NCBI RefSeq assembly: GCF_001619585.1
Contig: NZ_LQNT01000009.1
Location: 1,162,685-1,194,684, forward strand
Source of the DNA: Bhargavaea cecembensis
GTDB taxonomy: Bacteria > Bacillota > Bacilli > Bacillales_A > Planococcaceae
Reading direction: 5' to 3'
DNA: 32,000 nucleotides
The translations under genes were made by a program, and so were the position numbers. Positions 22,974 through 31,129 of the stretch are shown piece by piece; positions within the stretch are counted from its first letter, which is position 1, and each line of letters begins with the position of its first letter. Under the pieces are notes generated by a model. The model had not been told where the DNA came from and searched no databases. It saw nothing but the letters and a program-made list of their open reading frames with translations.

Positions 22974-24662
22974 TTAACCCAGGGACTTCTCTGCTTTGAC
23001 CCCGAGGAACCTGCTGGAGATGAACATCACGACGGCGATCAGGGCGACCTGGATCATGCCGTATGCTGCAGCCTGCCCGATGTTGAACATCCGTAGCTGG
23101 TTCATAATTTCAATCGAGATCGGACGGTTTCCGATTGTGTAAAGAAGGACGGATGTCGGAAACTCCCCGACCGCCTGGACGAAAGCAAGCAGCGTACCGC
23201 TCAAAACGCCGGGCATGATAATTGGAATCACGACTTTCCGGAATGTATAGAACCATTTGGCTCCCAGATTCTGTGCCGCTTCTTCAATGGAGTCATCCAG
23301 CTGCTCGAGCACCGCATTGGTCGAACGGACAACGAGCGGCAGGAATCGGACAAAGTAAGCAAGAGGCAAAATCCAGAACGTCCCGACAAGGATCTGTCCG
23401 AACGAGAACGGGTTCGGTGAGTTAAATGCCAGGATCAGGTTCATCCCGACAACCGTTGCAGGAAGCGCCCAAGGAATCATGACGAGAATGTCGAGAAGGT
23501 TTTTCCCGATGAACTTCCGTTTAACGAGCGCGTAAGACGTGAAAATCCCGAAGACAAACACGCCAAGACAGGCGATGAATGCCATGATCAGACTGTTGCG
23601 GACCGGTTCCCAGATATACGGCGTGTCAAACAGCATCGTATAGTTTTCCAGGTTGAACACGGTCGGGTATGTCTGCCAGGTCCATGTACCCTCCGGTACG
23701 AGCGACAGGATGAGCAGCGTCGCATGCGGGAGAAGCAGGATGACCACTGCGAACACTCCGAGTGTGACCATCGTCCACTTAAGCAGCGGATTGCTTACCT
23801 CACTGCGGTGGGCTCCGATTCCCTTGGATGCCATCCGGTAGTCCTTCCTGCCCTGATACCAGCGCATGAACAGGAGAAACACAATGGACACGATCGACAA
23901 AATGACGGACTGGGTGGCGGCCATCTCCAGGTCTCCATTGATTTTGGAGAAATAGATCTGCAGGCTCAGCACCCGGAAGCCCCCTGCCAGAAGGAACGGC
24001 GCACTGAAGCTGGCCATCGATACCATGAAAACTAGGAGCGATGCGGCTACAAGTCCCGGTGTCAGCAGCGGGAATGTCACCTGCCAGAACACCTTGAAAC
24101 GATTCGCCCCCAGGTTGGAGGCCGCTTCCTCTAGTGATGGATCCAGGTTTGAGAGGGCAGATGCCGTCGTCATATAGAAATAGGGGTACATCGTATAGGC
24201 GTGGACGATGAGGATGCCTGAAATCCCGCCGATCTTGAACGGCACTTCGGATAGATTCAGCAAGTCTTTGATCGCATTGGGAATGAGACCGGCCTCACCG
24301 TACAGGAACATAAACGCCATGACGCCGACAAGCGACGGCAGCACAATCGGCATGATGGCAATGTTGGAGAAAAACCGGCGGCCGGGGAACTCATAACGGT
24401 TGAAGATGTATGCAAGCGGCACACCGATCAGCGCGCTGAACAGGACCGACAGCAGGGAAATCCAGACCGAATTCCAAAGCGCCTGCAGGTTCGCCTTTGC
24501 CTTCGTGCCGAAGAAGTCTTCATAGTTCTGAAGGGACAGGACGCCGTTGTGGAAAAAGCTCTCATAAGCTGTCCTCAAAGTCGGGTAGAGCACATAGCCG
24601 ATCAGGACAAGAATGACCGGAATGAGAAGCAGCAGGGTTTTTCTCTTTTCAGCGTTCAGCAT
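22974..24662 (-). CDS. ABC importer permease with two fused transmembrane domains (FbpB/AfuB/ThiP-type)
   Basis: 562 aa starting from MLNAEKRK at 24662, with a GGAAGGAGGA SD. About 12 TM segments and two EAA-loop regions are present (LEEAASNLGANRF and IEEAAQNLGAKWF). The track start (TTG at 24683) lies inside the SD. Confidence 0.85.
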   Translation of the reverse strand: MLNAEKRKTLLLLIPVILVLIGYVLYPTLRTAYESFFHNGVLSLQNYEDFFGTKAKANLQALWNSVWISLLSVLFSALIGVPLAYIFNRYEFPGRRFFSNIAIMPIVLPSLVGVMAFMFLYGEAGLIPNAIKDLLNLSEVPFKIGGISGILIVHAYTMYPYFYMTTASALSNLDPSLEEAASNLGANRFKVFWQVTFPLLTPGLVAASLLVFMVSMASFSAPFLLAGGFRVLSLQIYFSKINGDLEMAATQSVILSIVSIVFLLFMRWYQGRKDYRMASKGIGAHRSEVSNPLLKWTMVTLGVFAVVILLLPHATLLILSLVPEGTWTWQTYPTVFNLENYTMLFDTPYIWEPVRNSLIMAFIACLGVFVFGIFTSYALVKRKFIGKNLLDILVMIPWALPATVVGMNLILAFNSPNPFSFGQILVGTFWILPLAYFVRFLPLVVRSTNAVLEQLDDSIEEAAQNLGAKWFYTFRKVVIPIIMPGVLSGTLLAFVQAVGEFPTSVLLYTIGNRPISIEIMNQLRMFNIGQAAAYGMIQVALIAVVMFISSRFLGVKAEKSLG

Positions 24663-24711
24663 GACGGCGTCCTCCTTCCGCAAGGGCGTGCGGATTCCGA
24701 TATCTCATGAA

Positions 24712-25809
24712 TCACACCCCCGCTTTCGGCACAATCCGGATCTGGTCTTCGGGAAGACGGACATAGACTTCGGCGCCTTCTTTCAGATAGGTGCTCGGCC
24801 CCTGGTTCAGAGCAGTTCCGACTAATGTCAGCCGGTCATTCATCTCTACATAGGTATGTACGGCCGCCCCGGTGAACTGGACCATTTTCACCTTACCGGG
24901 AAAAACATTTGTCCCGGTGATCGGCTGGTCGGAAACCTCTACCGCTTCCGGTCGGACCGACATCCTCAGTTCATCATTTTCGGTATACTCGGCAACATTC
25001 AGGGAAGTATTGTTCACCGTCACGTCATTGTCCAGCATATCCACATGGTATGAGCGTTGGCTCTCTCCCGAGCCTGCCTCCACGACAGCCAGCAAGTTGG
25101 TTTCTCCGATGAATTCCGCGACAAAGTCGTTGACCGGTTCATTGTAGATCTCCGTCGGCGTACCGACCTGCTGGCATTTGCCGAAGTTGAACACCGCAAT
25201 CCGATCGCTCATCGTCAGGGCCTCGACCTGGTCATGGGTCACATAAATGGTCGTGATCTGATATTCCTTCTGCAGCCGGAGAATTTCCGCCCGCATTTCA
25301 TCCCGCAGGCGGGCATCCAGGTTACTGAGCGGTTCATCCAGCAACAGGATATCCGGCTCGATGACGAGGGCACGCGCCAAAGCCACACGCTGCTGCTGGC
25401 CTCCGGAAAGCTGGCTGACCTGGCGTTCTGCGTACTGGTCGAGCCGGACTTTACGCAACACATCTTCCACCCGTTTTTTCGTGTCTGCCTTATTCATCTT
25501 CCGTACTTTCAGGCCGAACGCGACATTCTCGAAAACGGTCATATGCGGAAAAAGCGCATAGTTCTGGAACACCATTCCGGTATTCCGCTTTTCCGGCGGG
25601 ACGGTCGTCATGTCCCGGTCGTTGAACTTGACGACTCCTTTTGTCGGGTAATAGAATCCGGCGACCATCCTGAGTGTTGTCGTCTTCCCGCATCCGCTCG
25701 GACCGAGAAATGTGAAGAATTCCCCTTCTCTGATCAGGAGGTCAAGATCCTCCACTGCCGTGACTTTGCCAAACTGTTTGGTAATCGCTGATAAATGAAC
25801 GGTTGACAC
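24712..25809 (-). CDS. ABC importer ATP-binding protein with a C-terminal TOBE-like domain (PotA/FbpC/MalK-type)
   Basis: Walker [10 protein letters not shown], signature [13 protein letters not shown], Walker [13 protein letters not shown] place the start at GTG 25809, 8 nt after GGGAAGGGAG. The track start (GTG at 25818) abuts the SD. Confidence 0.85.
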   Translation of the reverse strand: MSTVHLSAITKQFGKVTAVEDLDLLIREGEFFTFLGPSGCGKTTTLRMVAGFYYPTKGVVKFNDRDMTTVPPEKRNTGMVFQNYALFPHMTVFENVAFGLKVRKMNKADTKKRVEDVLRKVRLDQYAERQVSQLSGGQQQRVALARALVIEPDILLLDEPLSNLDARLRDEMRAEILRLQKEYQITTIYVTHDQVEALTMSDRIAVFNFGKCQQVGTPTEIYNEPVNDFVAEFIGETNLLAVVEAGSGESQRSYHVDMLDNDVTVNNTSLNVAEYTENDELRMSVRPEAVEVSDQPITGTNVFPGKVKMVQFTGAAVHTYVEMNDRLTLVGTALNQGPSTYLKEGAEVYVRLPEDQIRIVPKAGV

Positions 25810-25830
25810 AGCAACCACTCCCTTCCCTGT

Positions 25831-25874
25831 AAAAACACTGGACTACCGCAGGCATTGCTGCCCGCGATAGTCCA
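25831..25874 (-). terminator. Intra-operon stem-loop/partial terminator between the binding-protein and ATPase genes
   Basis: Minus strand: TGGACTATCGCGGGCA-gcaa-TGCCTGCGGTAGTCCA followed by GTGTTTTTAC. This arrangement is common after SBP genes and raises the SBP:transporter mRNA ratio. Confidence 0.55.
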
Positions 25875-25917
25875 ACGTCAAGAGTAAACGCTATACGGAG
25901 CCCATGCAGCCTGCAGG

Positions 25918-27042
25918 TTACTCGCCTGTTTCTTTTTCCGCGTTTTTGATTTGGTTATCCCAGTGGTCCATCCACTCATCGGATTTTTCCTGGAACAGAG
26001 CCCAGTCAATGTCCATCGGCTTAATCTCGTCTTCGGCTTCAGTGATCCACTCCGGAAGGTCGGTCACATCTTCGCGTGTCGGAATACGGTAGTATTTTTC
26101 TGCGAGGAGTTTTGCCGCTTCCGGCGTGTTGACGAACTCATAGAATGCTTCAGCCGCTTTCGGGTGAGGTGCATCCTTGACGATTGCGATCCCTTCGGTC
26201 AGAACCGGTGTGCCGCTTTCCGGGAGGACATAGCCGAACGGATAACCCTTTTCTTCTGCGAGCATGACGGCATCCGGCATATTCCAGACCGTCAGGGAAC
26301 CGACGCCTTTCGCCAGCTGGTTGTACATCAGCTCAGGGTTGGCCGAGTATTCTTTCGTGTTGTTATCCAATTTCTCAAGCCATTCGTAGCCTTCCTGCGG
26401 ATCTTCCGTGTCCTTATATGTCCGGTAAATCATTGCCGAATAAATCGTCCGCATCGTACCGGATGCAAGCGGATAGCGGATGATCAGCTCATCCTGCCAC
26501 TTCGGATCGATCAGGTCGTCCCAGTCTTTCGGTGCCTCTTCTTCAGAGATTTCCTTGTTGTTGTACATGATGACTTCCGGCGTCATCGAAGTGCCGCTCC
26601 ACATCCAGTCTTCGTCGTGATACATCTCATCCAGCGCATCCGCGTAGGACGGCTTGTATTCGGCAAGCAGCTCTTCATCCTTTGCCTGGTCAAAGTTCAC
26701 CTGAGGCGCTCCCCACCACACATCAGCCTGCGTATTGTTTTTCTCTGAGCGGATCCGGTCCAGAATTTCCTGTGAGCCCATGTCCAGGAACTCCATCTTG
26801 ATGCCATACTCTTCTTCAAAGCGCTGCTTGAAGTCCCCCAAAATATCACTGCCGTGCGGAGAATAAACGACCACTTTTTCCTCCAGGTCTTCTGAAGCGG
26901 CAGTTTCGCCACCCGCATCTCCGGATGTTCCGGAAGCATCCTCTTCCTCTCCTCCTCCGGAATCGGCCATGCAGCCTGCCAAAGCAAGCGCAAACAATGC
27001 CGTCAGAACAAGCAACCAGCTTTTCTTAACCCATTTTCCCAT
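25918..27042 (-). CDS. ABC importer substrate-binding lipoprotein (Fe3+/Afu/thiamine/polyamine-type, cluster D SBP)
   Basis: 374 aa. A signal peptide with lipobox LALAGC is followed by an acidic Gly/Glu-rich linker. The sequence VVVYSPHGSDI...ADVWWG is typical of FbpA/AfuA-like SBPs. A GAAGGGGG SD is present. The ligand cannot be called from sequence. Confidence 0.8.
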   Translation of the reverse strand: MGKWVKKSWLLVLTALFALALAGCMADSGGGEEEDASGTSGDAGGETAASEDLEEKVVVYSPHGSDILGDFKQRFEEEYGIKMEFLDMGSQEILDRIRSEKNNTQADVWWGAPQVNFDQAKDEELLAEYKPSYADALDEMYHDEDWMWSGTSMTPEVIMYNNKEISEEEAPKDWDDLIDPKWQDELIIRYPLASGTMRTIYSAMIYRTYKDTEDPQEGYEWLEKLDNNTKEYSANPELMYNQLAKGVGSLTVWNMPDAVMLAEEKGYPFGYVLPESGTPVLTEGIAIVKDAPHPKAAEAFYEFVNTPEAAKLLAEKYYRIPTREDVTDLPEWITEAEDEIKPMDIDWALFQEKSDEWMDHWDNQIKNAEKETGE

Positions 27043-27063
27043 CCAAACTGCCCCCTTCTGGTT

Positions 27064-28227
27064 TTAAATGTTGTACAACCCCTCATGCTCCTTCAGCAAC
27101 AGTGCAACAGCGCCGATTACGCCGGCTTCCTTTCCGAACGCCGTCCTGACGATCTCACATTCTTTCGGTGCGTACCGCTTCACGTTGTCTGAGACAATCG
27201 GCTGGATCACATCGAATGACTGTGAAAGACCACCTCCTAAAATGATCAGCTCCGGGTTCAGCAGGGACACATAGTTCGCCACTCCAATTCCGAGATGTTC
27301 CAGCACATTTCCGAGTGTTTCAACGACAGCTCTGTCTCCTGACCGGTACAGCCCAAACGCTTCCTCGGCTGTCACGTCCCTTCCAAGACGCTCCGATAGT
27401 GCTCTGCCGACAGATGTTCCGCCCGCGACACTTTCAAGAAATCCATAACCTTCGTAGGATGGCCGGTACGTTTTGGCAAGCTTTCGATCCGTCACCATGT
27501 AACCGAGTTCCCCCGCACTGTACTGGCTTCCCCGGAACAATTGACCGTTCAGGATGATTCCGCTGCCGATTCCCGTTCCGATGGCAATGTAGAGGAGGTT
27601 CTGCTTCCCCTTGCCGCGACCCGTCCAGTGCTCCCCAAGCGCACCGATATTGACGTCGTTGTCTACGTATACGGGATACGGAAACACTTCCCCCAGCTTT
27701 TCCCGGACCGGATAGTCTCTCCATTTCAAAGCCGGTGCTTCTTCCACGATTCCGGTCTTTACGTTGGTCACTCCCGGGACACCGGCGCCGACACCCAGGA
27801 TTTCCTCTTTTTCAAGGGACAGCTCTTCCATCATTTCTTCGGCCATCTTCCGGATCGTCGGGAAGAAATCACGGTCCAAGTATTCTTGGGTCGGGAATGT
27901 CCTGTAGCTCTCCAGCTCCCCTTTCAGATCGGTGATGCCGACCGCCACCTTGGTTCCCCCGATGTCAATCCCGATGCAGTGTGCCTTTTTCGGATTGAAC
28001 TTCAGGTTCACCGGCTTCCGCCCGCCACTTGCGGATGCCTCCCCGCTGCCCGTCTCGGTGACCCATCCTTCATTGATAAGCCGGGAGATCGCCGCTGAGA
28101 CGGTCGGCTTGCTGAGAGACAGCTTCTTTGCAATAGCCGTCCGGGTTGTCGGCTCTGTTTCCAGCACACACCTGAGCACCTGCCGTGCGTTGCGGTTAAT
28201 ATTCGATTCGTCATTCACATATTGCAT
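27064..28227 (-). CDS. ROK-family transcriptional regulator (XylR/NagC-like architecture)
   Basis: 387 aa. The N-terminal wHTH (TRTAIAKKLSLSKPTVSAAISRLINEGWV) is followed by a ROK sugar-kinase-like fold (IGIDIGGTK, DNDVNIGALGE, IGTGIGSGII.NG....G..YSAGELG). The canonical GH..CxCGxxGC.E zinc motif is absent. Confidence 0.85.
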   Translation of the reverse strand: MQYVNDESNINRNARQVLRCVLETEPTTRTAIAKKLSLSKPTVSAAISRLINEGWVTETGSGEASASGGRKPVNLKFNPKKAHCIGIDIGGTKVAVGITDLKGELESYRTFPTQEYLDRDFFPTIRKMAEEMMEELSLEKEEILGVGAGVPGVTNVKTGIVEEAPALKWRDYPVREKLGEVFPYPVYVDNDVNIGALGEHWTGRGKGKQNLLYIAIGTGIGSGIILNGQLFRGSQYSAGELGYMVTDRKLAKTYRPSYEGYGFLESVAGGTSVGRALSERLGRDVTAEEAFGLYRSGDRAVVETLGNVLEHLGIGVANYVSLLNPELIILGGGLSQSFDVIQPIVSDNVKRYAPKECEIVRTAFGKEAGVIGAVALLLKEHEGLYNI

Positions 28228-28245
28228 GGCATTGCCCCTAAAAGG

Positions 28246-28270
28246 TTAGTTTGTTAACTTAACTTACTAA
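28246..28270. promoter_or_regulatory. Candidate ROK-repressor operator, 25-bp dyad
   Basis: In TTAGTTTGTTAA-C-TTAACTTACTAA, 10 of 12 positions are symmetric. The half-site resembles Bacillus XylR operators (TTAGTTTGTT..AACAAACTAA). It lies between the predicted -10 and the ROK start codon. Confidence 0.55.
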
Positions 28271-28283
28271 CTTGTTTGAAAAC

Positions 28284-28312
28284 ATTGTAATCAACGAAGT
28301 TTGAAATGTAAA
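28284..28312 (-). promoter_or_regulatory. Predicted sigmaA promoter of the ROK-ABC-lyase operon
   Basis: Minus strand: TTTACA (28307-28312), 17 nt, TACAAT (28284-28289). An imperfect cre-like sequence, TGAAAGCGGTTTACA, overlaps the -35. Confidence 0.6.
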
Positions 28313-28344
28313 CCGCTTTCATAAACTTTTCTTCCTTTTCTTCC

Positions 28345-28382
28345 TAAAAATATAGACTGCAGACTTGATCTCTGCAGTCTAT
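28345..28382 (-). terminator. Intrinsic terminator after the PIG-L-domain gene
   Basis: Minus strand: ATAGACTGCAGA-gatcaag-TCTGCAGTCTAT followed by ATTTTTAGG. Confidence 0.8.
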
Positions 28383-28399
28383 GCTTGTGGCATTCCGTT

Positions 28400-30898
28400 T
28401 TATTGATCGGCTCCGTAGCTGATCAGGTTGGCAAAGATCCGGTAACCGCCAGGCACCTGGGCGCCGATCTGACGGTAGAATACAAGGTTCGTATACAGAT
28501 AAGTCCCCTCTCCGTATTCTGCCATGAGAATTCCGCTCGTGAACGGGGCTTCTCCCGGGTCTGCCATCGATACGAATGTTTCGTACCGTTCATCCCATTC
28601 CATCGGGAAGTACAGGCCCCGTTCCTGAACCCAGTTGTCCCAGTCACTGTCTGTAATGTTGTTTGGATAGTTGAATAGCGGGTGATCCGGCTGGGTCACC
28701 GTCACTTCTGCATTCTCATCGGTTACGCGCCAACGGATGGAAGGGGTTCCGATTTTCAGGCGATAAGGGGCCGTCAGCTCGGTATCCCACGGATCGGAAG
28801 CGGTGACATACTGCATGACAAAGTGCCCGCCGTTGTGCACGTACTCCTTGATGCGTTCATTGTTCGCGACAAGATCCTCCCTGCCAAGGGTCGCACGGAT
28901 GCCCGTGACGATCGTATCGTACTGCGACAGGTCTGCTGATGCGAGATCTTCCGGTGTCAGCTTGGTGATGTCGAAGCCGGCATTGATGAACGAATCGGCA
29001 ATCGTATCAAAACCGCTGTCAATATATCCAACCTTCAGGTTCTCCGGCTTCAGGAGTTCAAATGCGACGCCGTTGATGGAGGAAGGATACAGATAATAAG
29101 AGTCTTTGATATGCTCGTATTTGATTTCTTGGACGGTCGTGCTATGCGTTTTGCCATTCGCTTTTGCAATGGCCTCGATTGTGAACTCTCCTTCTTCCAC
29201 TTCGGAAGGCGGAATCAGATTAAAGGAAATGCTCTTTTCCTCAAAACGCTCTTCCAGATTCACCTCAGCCACTGCAGGCTCACTGCTCCAGCCTTCAGGA
29301 AGGTTCAGAGAAACCTCCGCCTCCTGGAGGGCGTCAGCATAGTTCTTCACTTTCACGCTGACCGGAATGTTTTCCTGCACTTCAGCCGTGTTCACCGTGA
29401 TATTGACCGGATCAGGTGTTACTCCCAGCTCGGGCAGCACACTGACCGTGTTGTCGAGGTCACTGATAAATGCAGTGTCCACTCCATTCTCCTTGAATGA
29501 CAGTTGTGCCCGGATTGAAGCTTCAGCATAGGGTTCGAAGTATCCGGCATCCTCCGGAACGTTTACCGTGAAGCTGGCAGTCTTGGATTCACCGGGTTTC
29601 AGATGCTTAAGTTTAACGGCTTTTTCATGTTTCCAGTCTTCAGGGGTCAGAAGTGCTGCTTCAATATGATGAAGCTTTCGGTTTCCTTCATTGGTGACCG
29701 TCACTTCCACTTCCGCCTGCTCACCCTGAGTCAGCACATAAGAACCGATGGAAATGTCCACAGACAGCTCGGAAGCCACCTGGCTTACTTCAATGAGTTG
29801 TTCCTCTTTGAGTACCAGTTTGTGGAGAAGGTTATTCCGGATACCTTTGCCCAGCTCGGCAGAAGCCACCTGGCCGGCCAACTTTCTTACATCACGCAGC
29901 GCCTTCTGGGATTCAGGGAGGATGGCTCCGCGTTCTGGATAAAGTTCAACGATTTGATCCAATTTCTGCTGAAGAGAACGGAGAGATTCGCTGATTTTTT
30001 TGTCAGAGACTTCAGCCGCCCATGCTTCAAAATCATAGGGAATCCCGTCGAACAGTTCACCCGAATTCTCCTGCACCGCAGATTCCTCAAGCTTTAGGTG
30101 AACCTGGCGCGGCTCAACCGGAATGTCACGTCCCATGCCCTGGCTCTTATGAAGATAGCGCGATGCTTCACCCAGCTGAGGGTAGCTCATCCCGTAGATC
30201 GGGTCGTAGTCACCGATTTCGATGGATACGGTCGCTTCATTCTGGGAAACCGGCAGGTAGAGCTTTTTGATCTGCCAAGGTTCCAGCCCGTTCTCGATCT
30301 GTTCCGGGAAGACCGTCGGATCCGCCGCATCCTCGAAAGCCTTCAGCGACAGGACATTGATCGCCCGGTGATGTCCATGCTGGCTGTCCACATTAAGGAA
30401 GGAAGGCATCACCACGTCCGGCTGATACGTGCGGATGAATTCGATGAGACGGGAATAGGTGACTTTCTCTCCCCATTTCTCCAGAGTTTCTTCCGGAGAT
30501 TTTGAGAAGCCGAAGTCGTAGATGGCGTCCGAGGTGGTGTCGCTCAGGTGATAGGCTTTAACGCCATTGACTTTGGCCGCTTCGATCATCTCGTTGGAAC
30601 GGATGATGCCTAGACCGTTCCCCAGTTCATTTCCGATCGCATTCTGCCCGCCTTCTCCCCGGTTGGCGATCAGGCTTGCCGTTTTCACACCCAGCCCCCT
30701 CGACAAATAAGCGAGGAAGTCACTGCGCTCATCGTCCGGGTGAGCACCCGTGTTGAGGAACGTGACCGTCGTATCCAACGGCTTCACGGCATTCCACAGT
30801 TCCACGTCGGGCTCTTGCGGGGTATCTCCCAGGACGGCCTGCGGCAACACGGACAGCACCAGCAAGATGGAAAGTACACCGTACCAAAACCTCTTCAC
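28400..30898 (-). CDS. Secreted multidomain protein with an N-terminal PIG-L/LmbE-family deacetylase domain
   Basis: 832 aa. The signal peptide is MKRFWYGVLSILLVLSVLPQAVLG. PIG-L zinc motifs GAHPDDE and SQHGHHRA are present. The central region has beta-sandwich repeats of the NEW3/CARDB kind (GESKTASFTVNVPEDA). The C-terminal region looks ThuA/class-I-amidotransferase-like. The start is GTG with a GGAAAGGGG SD 8 nt upstream. Confidence 0.8.
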   Translation of the reverse strand: MKRFWYGVLSILLVLSVLPQAVLGDTPQEPDVELWNAVKPLDTTVTFLNTGAHPDDERSDFLAYLSRGLGVKTASLIANRGEGGQNAIGNELGNGLGIIRSNEMIEAAKVNGVKAYHLSDTTSDAIYDFGFSKSPEETLEKWGEKVTYSRLIEFIRTYQPDVVMPSFLNVDSQHGHHRAINVLSLKAFEDAADPTVFPEQIENGLEPWQIKKLYLPVSQNEATVSIEIGDYDPIYGMSYPQLGEASRYLHKSQGMGRDIPVEPRQVHLKLEESAVQENSGELFDGIPYDFEAWAAEVSDKKISESLRSLQQKLDQIVELYPERGAILPESQKALRDVRKLAGQVASAELGKGIRNNLLHKLVLKEEQLIEVSQVASELSVDISIGSYVLTQGEQAEVEVTVTNEGNRKLHHIEAALLTPEDWKHEKAVKLKHLKPGESKTASFTVNVPEDAGYFEPYAEASIRAQLSFKENGVDTAFISDLDNTVSVLPELGVTPDPVNITVNTAEVQENIPVSVKVKNYADALQEAEVSLNLPEGWSSEPAVAEVNLEERFEEKSISFNLIPPSEVEEGEFTIEAIAKANGKTHSTTVQEIKYEHIKDSYYLYPSSINGVAFELLKPENLKVGYIDSGFDTIADSFINAGFDITKLTPEDLASADLSQYDTIVTGIRATLGREDLVANNERIKEYVHNGGHFVMQYVTASDPWDTELTAPYRLKIGTPSIRWRVTDENAEVTVTQPDHPLFNYPNNITDSDWDNWVQERGLYFPMEWDERYETFVSMADPGEAPFTSGILMAEYGEGTYLYTNLVFYRQIGAQVPGGYRIFANLISYGADQ

Positions 30899-30940
30899 AC
30901 TTCTGACCCCTTTCCTGAATCGTTTTAAAAGAAAGCGGAC

Positions 30941-30975
30941 ACAAGTTGGTTAGTAAATTTCACTAACCAACTTGT
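30941..30975. promoter_or_regulatory. Perfect 14-bp inverted repeat upstream of the PIG-L-domain gene (candidate operator)
   Basis: ACAAGTTGGTTAGT-aaatttc-ACTAACCAACTTGT. It shares ACAAGTT / TTAGTAA / ACTAAC strings with the dyad upstream of the ROK gene. Confidence 0.55.
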
Positions 30976-31091
30976 GAAATGCACCTTCCTTTATTAATTT
31001 CAGTATACATATAGTCAGAATATTTTTAATCTAACCATGTAACTATTTAGCATTCTAATAACAGGTACTACGGAGGGGGCAAAAAGTATGG

Positions 31092-31121
31092 CAAAGAAAA
31101 ACACCCGGGAAGCCCGGGTGT
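31092..31121 (-). terminator. Intrinsic terminator after the AbrB-family membrane protein gene
   Basis: Minus strand: ACACCCGGG-ctt-CCCGGGTGT followed by TTTTTCTTTGCC, starting 9 nt after the stop. Confidence 0.8.
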
Positions 31122-31129
31122 CTAATTTG

